From the IMG/VR virus record IMGVR_UViG_3300036853_000417, positions 1 to 64,000 of that record: a stretch of DNA of 64,000 nucleotides, one strand, 5' to 3'. The stretch comes from a virus. Both the position numbers and the translations under genes were made by a program. Shown piece after piece: positions 38,584 through 48,083 of the stretch. Below the pieces are notes generated by a model. The model had not been told where the DNA came from. It was given only the letters and a program-made list of their open reading frames with translations, and made no database searches. Within the stretch, counting starts at the first letter, position 1; each line of letters begins with the position of its first letter.

Positions 38584-40662
38584 GTGGATGCTCTTCTTTC
38601 CTCTCGATATATTCAAGCTTCAAAATTTGGAGTTGGACCTGATTTCTCTATCCATACTGGTGCTATGCATCCGGTAACTGAAAAGGATATTCCAGTAGAG
38701 GACCTGGATAAGCCTGTGCTCAAGATGCGCGGTTCATCAGTCGTGGAAGATTTACAGGGAGATATCATGCAACTTACGGCATTGCAAGATATGACCAAAG
38801 TTGCCTCAGATCTCACCTTCTGGCTCAATCATAGCTATGAGTTGCCAGATGATGCCTATGGTAAGATGTACGGTCATCCGACTATTCAGGTACAAAACAC
38901 TATTGCTGACCTTTGGGTAGCTGTTGAGACCTTTATCAGTAATTCTAAGGCTGAAAAGACCTATAACCTGATAAAGCGAGAAGGGGCAAGATTCGGCTGC
39001 TCTATTGGCTGCATGGTCACGGATTGGAGCTGGCTTGATCCTGACGATCCCTGGATGTCTGGAATCTCTATTGATCATGTTTACACGGTCGAATTTAGTA
39101 TTGTTGGCGTTCCTGCAAATCAACGCTGTTGGGTGGAAAATGCGATTAAGGGCATGTTTGCGCGGAGCCTGGTCAATGGAAATGGGGATATGGCTAAAAG
39201 TCTCGCGCCAGCATTTCGAGGACTCTTCTCCAAACAATATGAGGACATTCTGCGAAACGTGACAAGTGAAGGATTACGAAAGGACCTGGAAAGTATCCCT
39301 CTTCGTGATGCACCATCTCACCGCATTATCTATGATTTTGATGGGACAGAAGGGTTTGCTTTGAGGGACAATAAGGGGACAAAGAAGTCATTACATCGCG
39401 AAGATATCCCCACAATTCTTGAGCAATATAAAGAGAAGAAGACGACCAGCGGTAATACCAACTATCCCCAGAAGGAGGATAGTACCAATGAGCCTGAAGA
39501 GGGGACAGACAAAAAGGAGAAGATAGCTGCTGCATCCGAGGTCAGTGTTTCTGAAGATGGGTCCCACGAGGTATGTACAGGAACACATTCCCATTCGCAC
39601 AAAGCATATGGGGATCAAGGTAGTGATGAAATGCACAAGCATTCCCATAGTCACGATGGAGATTCTGCCCACGGCCACAACCACGAAAAATCACAGGAAC
39701 CTGAAGTACAGAAGGATGTATCAGGACAGGAGCCAATTGTACAACACGACGCTCTAAGGGTGGTCTATCATGCATTGCTCGATCAAGCAAACGCTATTGG
39801 CAAACAACTTGGTTTATCTCCTGTTGGAGAAGAGACACAAAAAGCAATCATCGCAGTCAACATTCCTCCGCAAGACGTGATTACCTTGCTATCTAGCATT
39901 GACAGTCAGGTTGATACTCTTATGGCAGGTTTCGGTATCCCTGATATTGATGAGACCTACAGCATTGATACTCAGGTGCGTAGAATGCTTGAGAGCTTTT
40001 TCAAGATAGCAGAGGGGAGAGAGCTGTCTGACAAAAATAAGCGCATCTTGCAGTCTATTCATGATGGAGTAAAATCCATGCATCCTGCTGTCTGCGGAGA
40101 AGAGAATGCAATGAGTATTGATGATCTGGCCAGATCCTTGCATCCTGACACTCGCAAAGATATGACACTTCAGCAAGTACAGGTTTACCAGGAAAGTATG
40201 GAAAAGCAACTTGAAGTGTTTACCAGACTCACGGAGGCAATTGAATCAGTCACTGCAAAAGATCTGATAGAAGGAGCAATTTCGAACGCTTTCAAGAAGT
40301 TTCGCATAGAGCAAGAGGAAATCGTACAGATGTTCAAAAGGCTCAAAGATATGCCTCTTGGCCGACCGACGAATCTTGTGGGAAGAACAGTAGAACCGCA
40401 AGATGAGGGTGTAGCGCATTATCATGATTTTCTTCAGAGTAGAGCAGGAAAACCCTGGAGTTTGGAGGAGGCTCTGGCACAGACAATAGTCGAAGAGTAC
40501 CGTGGAATGCCTTGCAGGAGATGGGAAGATGGTATTGGGGGAGATGTATCATCAGGAGTGCGCCCGCGCCTGACAGAACATCAGAAAACGTACATGTCCC
40601 CATCTGAAATACTTCGATACAATAAGGGGGAAAAGGCATTCGTTCCAGAATTTAACCGATAG
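38584..40662 (+). CDS. Prohead protease with His-rich insert and scaffold-like C-terminus
   Basis: EDLQGDI, WLNH, GCSIG, EFSIVGVPANQR HK97-protease motifs. Confidence 0.85.
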   Translation: MDALLSSRYIQASKFGVGPDFSIHTGAMHPVTEKDIPVEDLDKPVLKMRGSSVVEDLQGDIMQLTALQDMTKVASDLTFWLNHSYELPDDAYGKMYGHPTIQVQNTIADLWVAVETFISNSKAEKTYNLIKREGARFGCSIGCMVTDWSWLDPDDPWMSGISIDHVYTVEFSIVGVPANQRCWVENAIKGMFARSLVNGNGDMAKSLAPAFRGLFSKQYEDILRNVTSEGLRKDLESIPLRDAPSHRIIYDFDGTEGFALRDNKGTKKSLHREDIPTILEQYKEKKTTSGNTNYPQKEDSTNEPEEGTDKKEKIAAASEVSVSEDGSHEVCTGTHSHSHKAYGDQGSDEMHKHSHSHDGDSAHGHNHEKSQEPEVQKDVSGQEPIVQHDALRVVYHALLDQANAIGKQLGLSPVGEETQKAIIAVNIPPQDVITLLSSIDSQVDTLMAGFGIPDIDETYSIDTQVRRMLESFFKIAEGRELSDKNKRILQSIHDGVKSMHPAVCGEENAMSIDDLARSLHPDTRKDMTLQQVQVYQESMEKQLEVFTRLTEAIESVTAKDLIEGAISNAFKKFRIEQEEIVQMFKRLKDMPLGRPTNLVGRTVEPQDEGVAHYHDFLQSRAGKPWSLEEALAQTIVEEYRGMPCRRWEDGIGGDVSSGVRPRLTEHQKTYMSPSEILRYNKGEKAFVPEFNR

Positions 40663-40674
40663 CTATTAGGAACA

Positions 40675-40712
40675 GATAAAGATCGGGTCATCATACGCCC
40701 GCTCTTTATCCT
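40675..40712. terminator. Terminator hairpin after the protease gene
   Basis: GATAAAGA.CGGG...CCCG.TCTTTATC stem. Confidence 0.6.
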
Positions 40713-40871
40713 TTCGCACCTGCTCTAGATCATCAAGCATCTCGCCAGGCAGATCACTCCATGCTCCGAATGGATAAATTTCTTCAAGCAATCTCTGATT
40801 CGATCTTTAGTCAAATCTGAAAATGGATAGTGGGTCATAAAAATGCTCCTTTTCTATTCAACAACCAGCTC

Positions 40872-41519
40872 CTACTGAGGGGATGACATTGATACAAAGG
40901 AATATCGATAGTCACTTTTATATGCACCCACTATGGAGCGTATATCTTTGATATCATACTCATTATTGTAGGGATCAATCTTCCATGAGGGGGCATCGAT
41001 CATACATTGCTTGCCTCTCTCTAAACGGATAATAGAAAGATCCTGTGGCAAGAAGTCTGGAATTTCTTCCTCATCATATACAGCAAGGAAAGATATGTAA
41101 TGCGATCTTTTGGTGAGATTGGCCGTGTGACCCTCCTTCCATGCAGTTATGTCCTCTTCCCTTCCCTTCTCTCTGAGAGCGTCCAACACCTCGCCTTTTG
41201 GCAAAACATCCTCGCCTGAAGGAGGGAGATGAATTGTCTCTATGGGATAACGGATCACGGACGATTCTTCCCGCATGCCATATCCATCAGGAGACTCGTA
41301 CTCCAACTTCACTATTTTCTCAGTGTAAAACTCGACCTCAACGTTGTTCGCACTGACACTGACATCCATAAGGCATTCTGAAAAACGTTTCGATCCATCG
41401 GGCCAAATGGAGGTTGCAACCTCAATGACAATAGCAATCTCATCGAAATTCTGCAATTTGCGGGTATAACGGTAGCAGTCGCTGTCAGTAAAACTGACAG
41501 TATTATTCTCATAATACAT
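40872..41519 (-). CDS. Hypothetical protein
   Basis: ORF with TTTGAAAGGA RBS block. Confidence 0.7.
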   Translation of the reverse strand: MYYENNTVSFTDSDCYRYTRKLQNFDEIAIVIEVATSIWPDGSKRFSECLMDVSVSANNVEVEFYTEKIVKLEYESPDGYGMREESSVIRYPIETIHLPPSGEDVLPKGEVLDALREKGREEDITAWKEGHTANLTKRSHYISFLAVYDEEEIPDFLPQDLSIIRLERGKQCMIDAPSWKIDPYNNEYDIKDIRSIVGAYKSDYRYSFVSMSSPQ

Positions 41520-41539
41520 ATCCTTATCCTTTCAAACTC

Positions 41540-41839
41540 TTATTCTAAAACAACATAATTCGGGATACGTGCCGGTTCCAATGGTTTCCAGGGGGGACGC
41601 TTGTTTCCTACGTCGCCCAGGGCATTCATTACGCCTGTCCACGAGTAGTGAGGAACAATCCCCAGAGACTCACAGGCTTGCGCATACTCAGCAAGGAGTC
41701 CTGTAACTAGTGCGCGATCACGTCCTTCCAAAATGCTTCCAACACTGTGAGCCTTAGAACCTTCCGGTTCTAGTTGATAGAGCATTCCCTCATACACGAG
41801 GAAATGCCTACCCGACTTTGTACTTTTCCGTATTTCCAT
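41540..41839 (-). CDS. Hypothetical protein
   Basis: ORF with TTTGAAAGGA RBS block. Confidence 0.7.
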   Translation of the reverse strand: MEIRKSTKSGRHFLVYEGMLYQLEPEGSKAHSVGSILEGRDRALVTGLLAEYAQACESLGIVPHYSWTGVMNALGDVGNKRPPWKPLEPARIPNYVVLE

Positions 41840-41942
41840 TGATTCATCCTTTCAAAATTTGGCACGTTTCACGCAGAGCATTTATTTGGTCTAGAGACAT
41901 TCCATGATTATTCCAACGTGCCATGATATAATCCTCCCTGAG

Positions 41943-42419
41943 CTATCTCTGCCAATATTGGAGGAGCATAAGCTCTCCCTCACTCAAAGAGGAGACATCC
42001 AGCTTCTCAAGATCATTTGCTGCAAATCCATAGGCTGCTGTGGGGCCTGTGCAGGATACGTAATAATCAGGGAGGCCCTCTTCAGGCTTTGGCGCTCTGA
42101 TGAGATCGATCATCATAGGGGCGCCACTTTCCCCTTTCCTCTGGACGAGATCTCCCAGAGAGAACCCGCCGCCTGATAGCAGGGATATCGTCAATACGGA
42201 ATCTTGTACGGAATCTTGTACAGAGTCCCTATCAGGGACATGATAGATGAGGAGATATCCCGCACACTCCCAAGTGTGCATCTTCCCTGAGGAGAAGAGC
42301 GTGGAGCGCTCCATTGTACCCTCTATTGTAACTTGCATGCCCTCGGCAGCAGACTCATAAGGAATTCTGCAATCGTCCAGGTCTCCCTGAAATCGGGAAT
42401 CAATGAGAATGTTTGTCAT
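41943..42419 (-). CDS. Hypothetical protein
   Basis: Start MTNIL behind promoter module 5. Confidence 0.7.
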   Translation of the reverse strand: MTNILIDSRFQGDLDDCRIPYESAAEGMQVTIEGTMERSTLFSSGKMHTWECAGYLLIYHVPDRDSVQDSVQDSVLTISLLSGGGFSLGDLVQRKGESGAPMMIDLIRAPKPEEGLPDYYVSCTGPTAAYGFAANDLEKLDVSSLSEGELMLLQYWQR

Positions 42420-42500
42420 TTTCTTTGTCCTTTCAGAACTTGTGTGTTTCTTCTGACACATATACCATAACATATATACATACATATGTCAAGGCTTTAG
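42420..42500 (-). promoter_or_regulatory. Repeated promoter module copy 5 (truncated upstream)
   Basis: AAAGCC-TTGACA (rc 42487-42492), 17 bp, TATGGT (rc 42464-42469); CAAGTTCTGAAAGGACAAAGAAAATG identical to copy 7. Confidence 0.88.
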
Positions 42501-42711
42501 CGATATCAGCAGCGGTACAACCAATATCAACGGGCTTGACGAGTGCGTCTATCTCGTCGCTAGGAACATCTGAGAAGTACTGCACATACGCACGCGTGCA
42601 GGCTGATTGTGACATCTTTGAATCAATTGTACTAATAATGTCTTCAGAGGTGGCTTGTAGAGAAATCATAACCACCTTTGAAATATCGGCTATCTGCAAA
42701 ATCCGGTTTAC

Positions 42712-43904
42712 TCATCTATTCCTTCGTAACTTCCGTTTCAGCAACGGCTCGACTTCATCAGGCCAGAAGGACATTGAATGCCCATCTTCTGCTTCGACAA
42801 TGAGAACTTCATCTAAACGAATCTTCTTAACAGTTACAGCCTGTCCAGGGCCGTATCCATCCTCAATATCGTCCTCATACATCTCAGCATTTTGAGCAAT
42901 GCGAACTTTATCATTCACTGCATACTGTATCGTCCAAGTGTGCAACCTCATACGACCTCCTTCCTGTAGCAGAAGTTATGACTCGCCGAGTACATTCTTA
43001 AACCCTTGTTGGTATCCAAGGTAGTATGCGTGCTGCGCCTTTCGCACACGCTTTACCCCCTCAGTGATATCAGGTCCCCACTTGCTATCCTCTATGCATT
43101 CGCTGATACGTTTGAGTGTTTCTTCCAATGTTGTACCTCCAAAGATATTGGTTTTCTTATATGGCTGTGCAAATGCTTTGCCATCTGCATAACCTTTGGA
43201 TTGTTGATACTCCAGGATTTGTTGTAATCCTTCAGTACTCAGATCTTCCCATTTCATACTATACCCTCTTTCTGACTGTAAAAATCACTATTGAAGCATA
43301 ATATCTCACTTAGTCACAATCATCTAACGGACAAGATTGTTCTCCAGTACATTCATAAATGGTGATAAGTGTGTGTGCATTGTCCTGACTGGACCATGCC
43401 AGATCATACGCGCTTTTGTGATGGAGACAAAGCATTCCATCTGTAGCTACGCCAGTACAGATAAAATCATCTGCATAGAGATGTTTGGCAGCCCTTAACT
43501 CTCTAACTGCCTGCTTCCATGTTTTAATATGACGTTCTAGTATGTCTCCTAGCTCTGAATCCATAATGTGGTAATGTAGTGTGCTCATTTGATACCTCGG
43601 TGATTTTGTTTCATCTAAAACAAAGATCTTTTATTTTAGATGGACCAGATATGCGGTCATAGGTTACTTTTAATTGTGTCTCATCGTATTCTCGTAGCTC
43701 CACCCTGACTGCTGGCACTGCACATTCTTTCTCGTAGTCGTTCGCTGTGAGATTACCATTTCGCAGCATCCTCTCAAGCATCTCAAACTTCTGAGCAGCT
43801 AGCGTTGGATTAGATCCAACATAGTAAGCATCTTTGCTTCCCACAACATAATTAGGGTCATTGGTAGGGAAAATGATCACTATCTGATTTCTTACTTTTT
43901 TCAC
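42712..43904 (-). other. Cluster of four small hypothetical early genes (42712-42951, 42976-43257, 43310-43588, 43611-43904)
   Basis: Consecutive ORFs with RBS downstream of promoter module 6. Confidence 0.7.
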
Positions 43905-44050
43905 TTTCTTATCCTTTCAGAACTGTTGGTACTTTCTTCTTCTATATATATCATAACATATATACGTGCATATGTCAAGGCTTTGGAGGCAATTTTGAAA
44001 GGTTCTGAAAAATTATGTGTATAAGTTTTGGCAAGAAAAAAAGAGGAGCC
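43905..44050 (-). promoter_or_regulatory. Repeated promoter module copy 6
   Basis: TTGACA (rc 43973-43978), 17 bp, TATGAT (rc 43950-43955); ~70 bp near-identical to copy 4, including the palindrome 44008-44029. Confidence 0.92.
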
Positions 44051-44082
44051 ATGCCTGTATAGCCCCTCTTTGAATTGCTGTG

Positions 44083-45696
44083 TCAGGAAATGGTAAGAGA
44101 CAGAGGAAAAGAGAAGTTTCCTCCACTGGTTGTTACCTTAACCATTGCTGTATGTTCTCCGCCGGATAGTTCGGAAACATTTATGAGGATGTTGAAGGTT
44201 TGTGCCTGTCCCGGTCCCAGAGATCCTCCGGTGATATCGAAAAAATACCACGGTTGATCAGATGAGACACTCCAGGTCAGGCGAATCGGTCCATCATTCT
44301 GGATAGTATGAGCAATCTTATAGAGCAATCCTGATGATGATGATGATGTTGGAGGTGGCGCAGGTTCTGGTGGTACCTGTGTTATCCACTGTGGGTACTT
44401 TGCAATGTAGTTCTTTAGAGCGGTGTAGGCTTTCACGTATCGTGTTTGTGCTTGCCCATTGACATACTGTACTTGTACCAGGCTGAAGGCATCTGAGATA
44501 GGATTGCCACTAGCATCTCTGTTGATAGCTGCATTAGATGGAGCGTAATCTAGTGTCCAGAAAAAGGCATGAGAGACAGTACTCGATGTACGTGCACTAT
44601 CCAAAACAGTAACGAAATTCTTTGCCTGAACCTCCTCTGTTACCAGATTCTCCGTTCCACGATATGGCTGATTCGTGGTCGCATACCAGCCAAATTCCGT
44701 AACCCTGATACCCTTGTCGCCGTCTCCATTGGCTTTCATCACCTCATAGAGTGCCTTCCATTCTTGTTCAAATGAGGGAACAGTAGACTTGAGTTGTGCT
44801 GCCCACTTCCATTGAGTCGGGTCAGTCGCACCGCTTGCTCCAGACTCAAATGGATAGTAGTGGAAGTTGACATAATCAAAATGGCTTTTCATGGTTGGAG
44901 ATGCTTTATAAATAGCATCCAAAAAGTCACAAATGTGGGGTATCTGATTCCACCAGATGGCACACATCCCAACCAGGGCAGCAGGATTCGCTGTCCTGAT
45001 TACAGGTGCAACCACAGGCAAAACATTGATGTAGTACTTAGGAGAACGATCATTGTAGGCATTTACTGAACCACCATCTGAATTCTGGCTATCGTATTCC
45101 TCGTTTCCGATCTCAAATGCCTGGATGATTCCATGTCCATTCTTCCCGTTATAGCGCGTAGCTACCGCTTCAGCAAAGATTGCAGTCTGCTTAGGATCGG
45201 GGTAGAGGTACCATTGTATCATTGTTCGGTTGTTGCCAGTTATAGGGTTGGCAAGTATAACTGGATTGGAGCCAGTGCCATAAAACCGATCAGTCTGAAT
45301 AATTTCTGGATTGCCTATCCCTCCACTCAAGCGCACAGGAGTGTTTGCAGGTAACTCGGTTGGAGCATTGTCAAGCCTGATAAATTTTGAACCTGTTGTT
45401 CCACCACTGATAATGGCACGATTGTTATATCCAGGTTGCTGATCATAAAACAGTGGTGATCCCTGGATGACATAACAAATGTTGATGTTGTTACTATTGC
45501 ATGCTGCTACGACACTATCCAGAGCGGTCCAGGTATACACACCCTGCTTCTGCTCAATAAAAGACCATGGGAGTTGGTACCGCAGCCAGGTCAGCCCGAT
45601 AGATTTCATATCGGTAATCAACTGACTAGGAAGTGTGCCATTTATCGGGTCAAATGTAAAGAAGGCGCAACCATAGGGGGAATCATTCACAACCAT
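44083..45696 (-). CDS. Clan GH-A glycoside hydrolase (GH5/GH39-like) with C-terminal BACON/Ig-like domain
   Basis: WLRYQLPWSFIEQKQGVYTW, FEIGNEE (acid/base), NFHYY, VTEFGW (nucleophile); Pro/Ser linker. Confidence 0.85.
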   Translation of the reverse strand: MVVNDSPYGCAFFTFDPINGTLPSQLITDMKSIGLTWLRYQLPWSFIEQKQGVYTWTALDSVVAACNSNNINICYVIQGSPLFYDQQPGYNNRAIISGGTTGSKFIRLDNAPTELPANTPVRLSGGIGNPEIIQTDRFYGTGSNPVILANPITGNNRTMIQWYLYPDPKQTAIFAEAVATRYNGKNGHGIIQAFEIGNEEYDSQNSDGGSVNAYNDRSPKYYINVLPVVAPVIRTANPAALVGMCAIWWNQIPHICDFLDAIYKASPTMKSHFDYVNFHYYPFESGASGATDPTQWKWAAQLKSTVPSFEQEWKALYEVMKANGDGDKGIRVTEFGWYATTNQPYRGTENLVTEEVQAKNFVTVLDSARTSSTVSHAFFWTLDYAPSNAAINRDASGNPISDAFSLVQVQYVNGQAQTRYVKAYTALKNYIAKYPQWITQVPPEPAPPPTSSSSSGLLYKIAHTIQNDGPIRLTWSVSSDQPWYFFDITGGSLGPGQAQTFNILINVSELSGGEHTAMVKVTTSGGNFSFPLSLTIS

Positions 45697-45843
45697 TTTC
45701 CACCTGCATTCTCCTGGGAAATGTTACTCAAAATTGATTATCACCTTCATTATACCTCTTAAAGACTTTCCTTGGAGGGTATTCTAAAGATAGAACATAT
45801 TCTCATATTATCGGGGGAGCAGCGATGAAAAATATCTGCTTTT

Positions 45844-45917
45844 GGATCTTTAGCTCAGAAGGTGAGAGCGTAGTCCTGATAAGGCTGAGGTCCCTGGTTC
45901 GAGTCCAGGAAGATCCA
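45844..45917 (+). tRNA. tRNA-Ile(GAU)
   Basis: Acceptor GGATCTT/AAGATCC, D-arm GCTC/GAGC, anticodon loop CT-GAT-AA, T-arm CCTGG-TTCGAGT-CCAGG; no encoded CCA. Confidence 0.92.
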
Positions 45918-45926
45918 TTATTCATA

Positions 45927-45970
45927 CAAAAAGGAACCAGAGCATCAAATAATCTCTCTGGTTCCTTTTT
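45927..45970. terminator. Bidirectional terminator
   Basis: AAAAGGAACCAGAG...CTCTGGTTCCTTTTT. Confidence 0.75.
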
Positions 45971-45999
45971 GACTTTCAAGCCCAATAGGGGTTTTTCAT

Positions 46000-46388
46000 C
46001 GTGTCGGGTCAGGAGACCCCCGTCATTTATGCGGGAGAGGAATGACCCTTCCTTTCTTTGGTGGATAGGGTGGGGATTCCCACCTACGCTCAAGTCCCCT
46101 TGCGGGGAGCCGTTTTTGTCGGAACGGTTAAACCGTTGGCGGATTGCCGCCCACCGTGTCCAGGCACGGGTGATATAACCCTTCGTGGTTGCAATACAGG
46201 CTTAGCTATGAATGTATCCATAACATCGCTTTCGGCGTGAGTAGAAGAGGTCCGAGTTAGGGTGGCGCTCGGACATTCTTGTAGCCCGTACCGCTGCTGA
46301 CTGTTCACAAGAACAAAGCCCACTAGTCACAAACTTACGTTGCGCTGGCCGTTTCGCAAGCCCCGTCATTTCTGGCGGGGTTCATGAC
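46000..46388 (-). mobile_element. Non-autonomous IS200/IS605 (IscB/IsrB-type) element carrying an omega-RNA/HEARO-like scaffold, no nuclease ORF
   Basis: Minus strand begins GTCATGAACCCCGCCAGAAATGACGGGGCTTG...GTGACTAG...CCACCCTAACTCGGACCTCT...CCACGAAGGG. It ends ATTCCTCTCCCGCATAAATGACGGGGGTCTCCTGACCC followed by ATGA. Both ends carry related hairpins. Confidence 0.75.
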
Positions 46389-46533
46389 ATCACTTGGCTT
46401 GATGTATGCAAAAGTTTCAACCCTGTTCAGGTTGCCATCGAGAAGGAAATCGCCATTGAATTCCTTCTCGGCGGAGTTGTTTGACCGGTGATTAACTCAT
46501 CATACCATACAACTCAACAACACGCAAGAGTAT

Positions 46534-46947
46534 TCAGGCAGTTCCATTAAATCCTTTAAGCCATCCTTCTATGAATGCCTGTACATGAGGACGCTCACTA
46601 TATTCCATATATGTTTCTTCGCGTGGCATCTCATCAGAAAAATCATATGCGTGATCCAGTGCAATCTCCTTTGGCGATTTTCCACTGGATGATAGAGCTT
46701 CCATATATGCCAGGGGTCCTAATTTCATGATCTGATTGTAAGGAGTACGGTGTGCAATAGCGTATCTTTTCCCTGCCTCATATCCGATCTGCTGCGTTGC
46801 CTCTATGGTCTTTGAATTTCTCCAAGTAGAAACACACTCCAGGTACTCAGTAGGAAAGGGGATACAGAGTATCTCATAGGCAAAATCATATTTGTTCACT
46901 TGCTTGCTCCTTCTATCTTGTATTTTATCCTTACTCCCATTATACAC
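46534..46947 (-). CDS. Hypothetical protein
   Basis: ORF; probable start at GTG after AGGAG. Confidence 0.6.
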   Translation of the reverse strand: MYNGSKDKIQDRRSKQVNKYDFAYEILCIPFPTEYLECVSTWRNSKTIEATQQIGYEAGKRYAIAHRTPYNQIMKLGPLAYMEALSSSGKSPKEIALDHAYDFSDEMPREETYMEYSERPHVQAFIEGWLKGFNGTA

Positions 46948-46989
46948 ATTAATGTGTATAATGTAAATATTTTAACACATTTGAAGTAA

Positions 46990-47129
46990 CACAAAATTAT
47001 GTGTATAATTTTTCAGAACCTTTCAAAACTGCCTTAAAATTACCCCCAAAAGCATTGACATTGATACGTGTGTATGTTATGATATATGTGTAAGAAGGAA
47101 AACACGCAAGTTCTGAAAGGACAAAGAAA
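46990..47129 (+). promoter_or_regulatory. Repeated promoter module copy 7
   Basis: Palindrome 46993-47012 (core inverted, GTGT), TTGACA 47055-47060, 17 bp, TATGAT 47078-47083. Confidence 0.92.
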
Positions 47130-47621
47130 ATGGACACAGTCGTAGAGATCGCCACCTGCCAGGTCTGTGGCAGGCAAATCAAAGCCAAAACAGGCTTGAT
47201 CGCCCACCACGGATATAAGCGCCCCTACGAGGGGTGGCAAACCGCTTCTTGTGAGGGTGCAAGATATGTGCCTTACGAAGTATCCTGCGAGCGTCTTATC
47301 GAGGTTACAACATGGGTGGAAAAATTTATTCAGGACCAGGAACTCTTCCTGGCAGACCTCCTCACAACGCCGCCACAAACAATCACTGTTTTTGAGAAAT
47401 GGGGATCATACGGAAAAGGGGAAGAGGTGACATATGAGAGGCCGAGCGATTTCAAACAAGATGGTTATCAGTATTGTATCCCGCGAACCTATGACAGTGC
47501 CTACGGCAATAGGAAATTTTCGTTACAAACGAATATTAAAGCGGCAAAAGCGGATTTCTCGATAATGCAGAGACGAATACAAGAGTGGAAACCTGCTATC
47601 CAGGCAACACAGAAAGGATAA
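47130..47621 (+). CDS. Zn-finger-containing phage protein
   Basis: TCQVCGR...IAHHGY...TASCEG. Confidence 0.75.
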   Translation: MDTVVEIATCQVCGRQIKAKTGLIAHHGYKRPYEGWQTASCEGARYVPYEVSCERLIEVTTWVEKFIQDQELFLADLLTTPPQTITVFEKWGSYGKGEEVTYERPSDFKQDGYQYCIPRTYDSAYGNRKFSLQTNIKAAKADFSIMQRRIQEWKPAIQATQKG

Positions 47622-47627
47622 TTCATA

Positions 47628-48065
47628 ATGTATAAAAACTACACAAAAGGCCGGGTTGTTTTTGAGACTATTCCTCTTGACAATGGTTTCCCCTATCAGG
47701 AAACAGTGGTACATGTAAGTAACGTTATTGCTGTTATTGAGTTTAGAACAGGTAGCACTGTTCATGGGTACCGCATTGAATGGATGGATGAAGTTGCATC
47801 ACTCCATCACACACAGGTTCTGGTTGATGATCTTGATCAGGCTTTTACAAGAGTTGTGGAGGTTTGCCAGCAGATTGCAAAAGATCGCGCCTGTCCTGTA
47901 AAAATCTACAACGATGCGTTTCAGAACGTATTAACTGGAAGGATGTATACCATTGAAGACCCCCTGAGCATTTTCGACAATGGAGGACAGGTAATCAATG
48001 CCGATAGTAAACAACTCTTATCAAAACCCCACCTGGAGCTTCTTCTAGGATATACAAAGCAATAA
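47628..48065 (+). CDS. Hypothetical protein
   Basis: GAAAGGA RBS. Confidence 0.7.
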   Translation: MYKNYTKGRVVFETIPLDNGFPYQETVVHVSNVIAVIEFRTGSTVHGYRIEWMDEVASLHHTQVLVDDLDQAFTRVVEVCQQIAKDRACPVKIYNDAFQNVLTGRMYTIEDPLSIFDNGGQVINADSKQLLSKPHLELLLGYTKQ

Positions 48066-48083
48066 AGAAGGAGAGAACATTCA

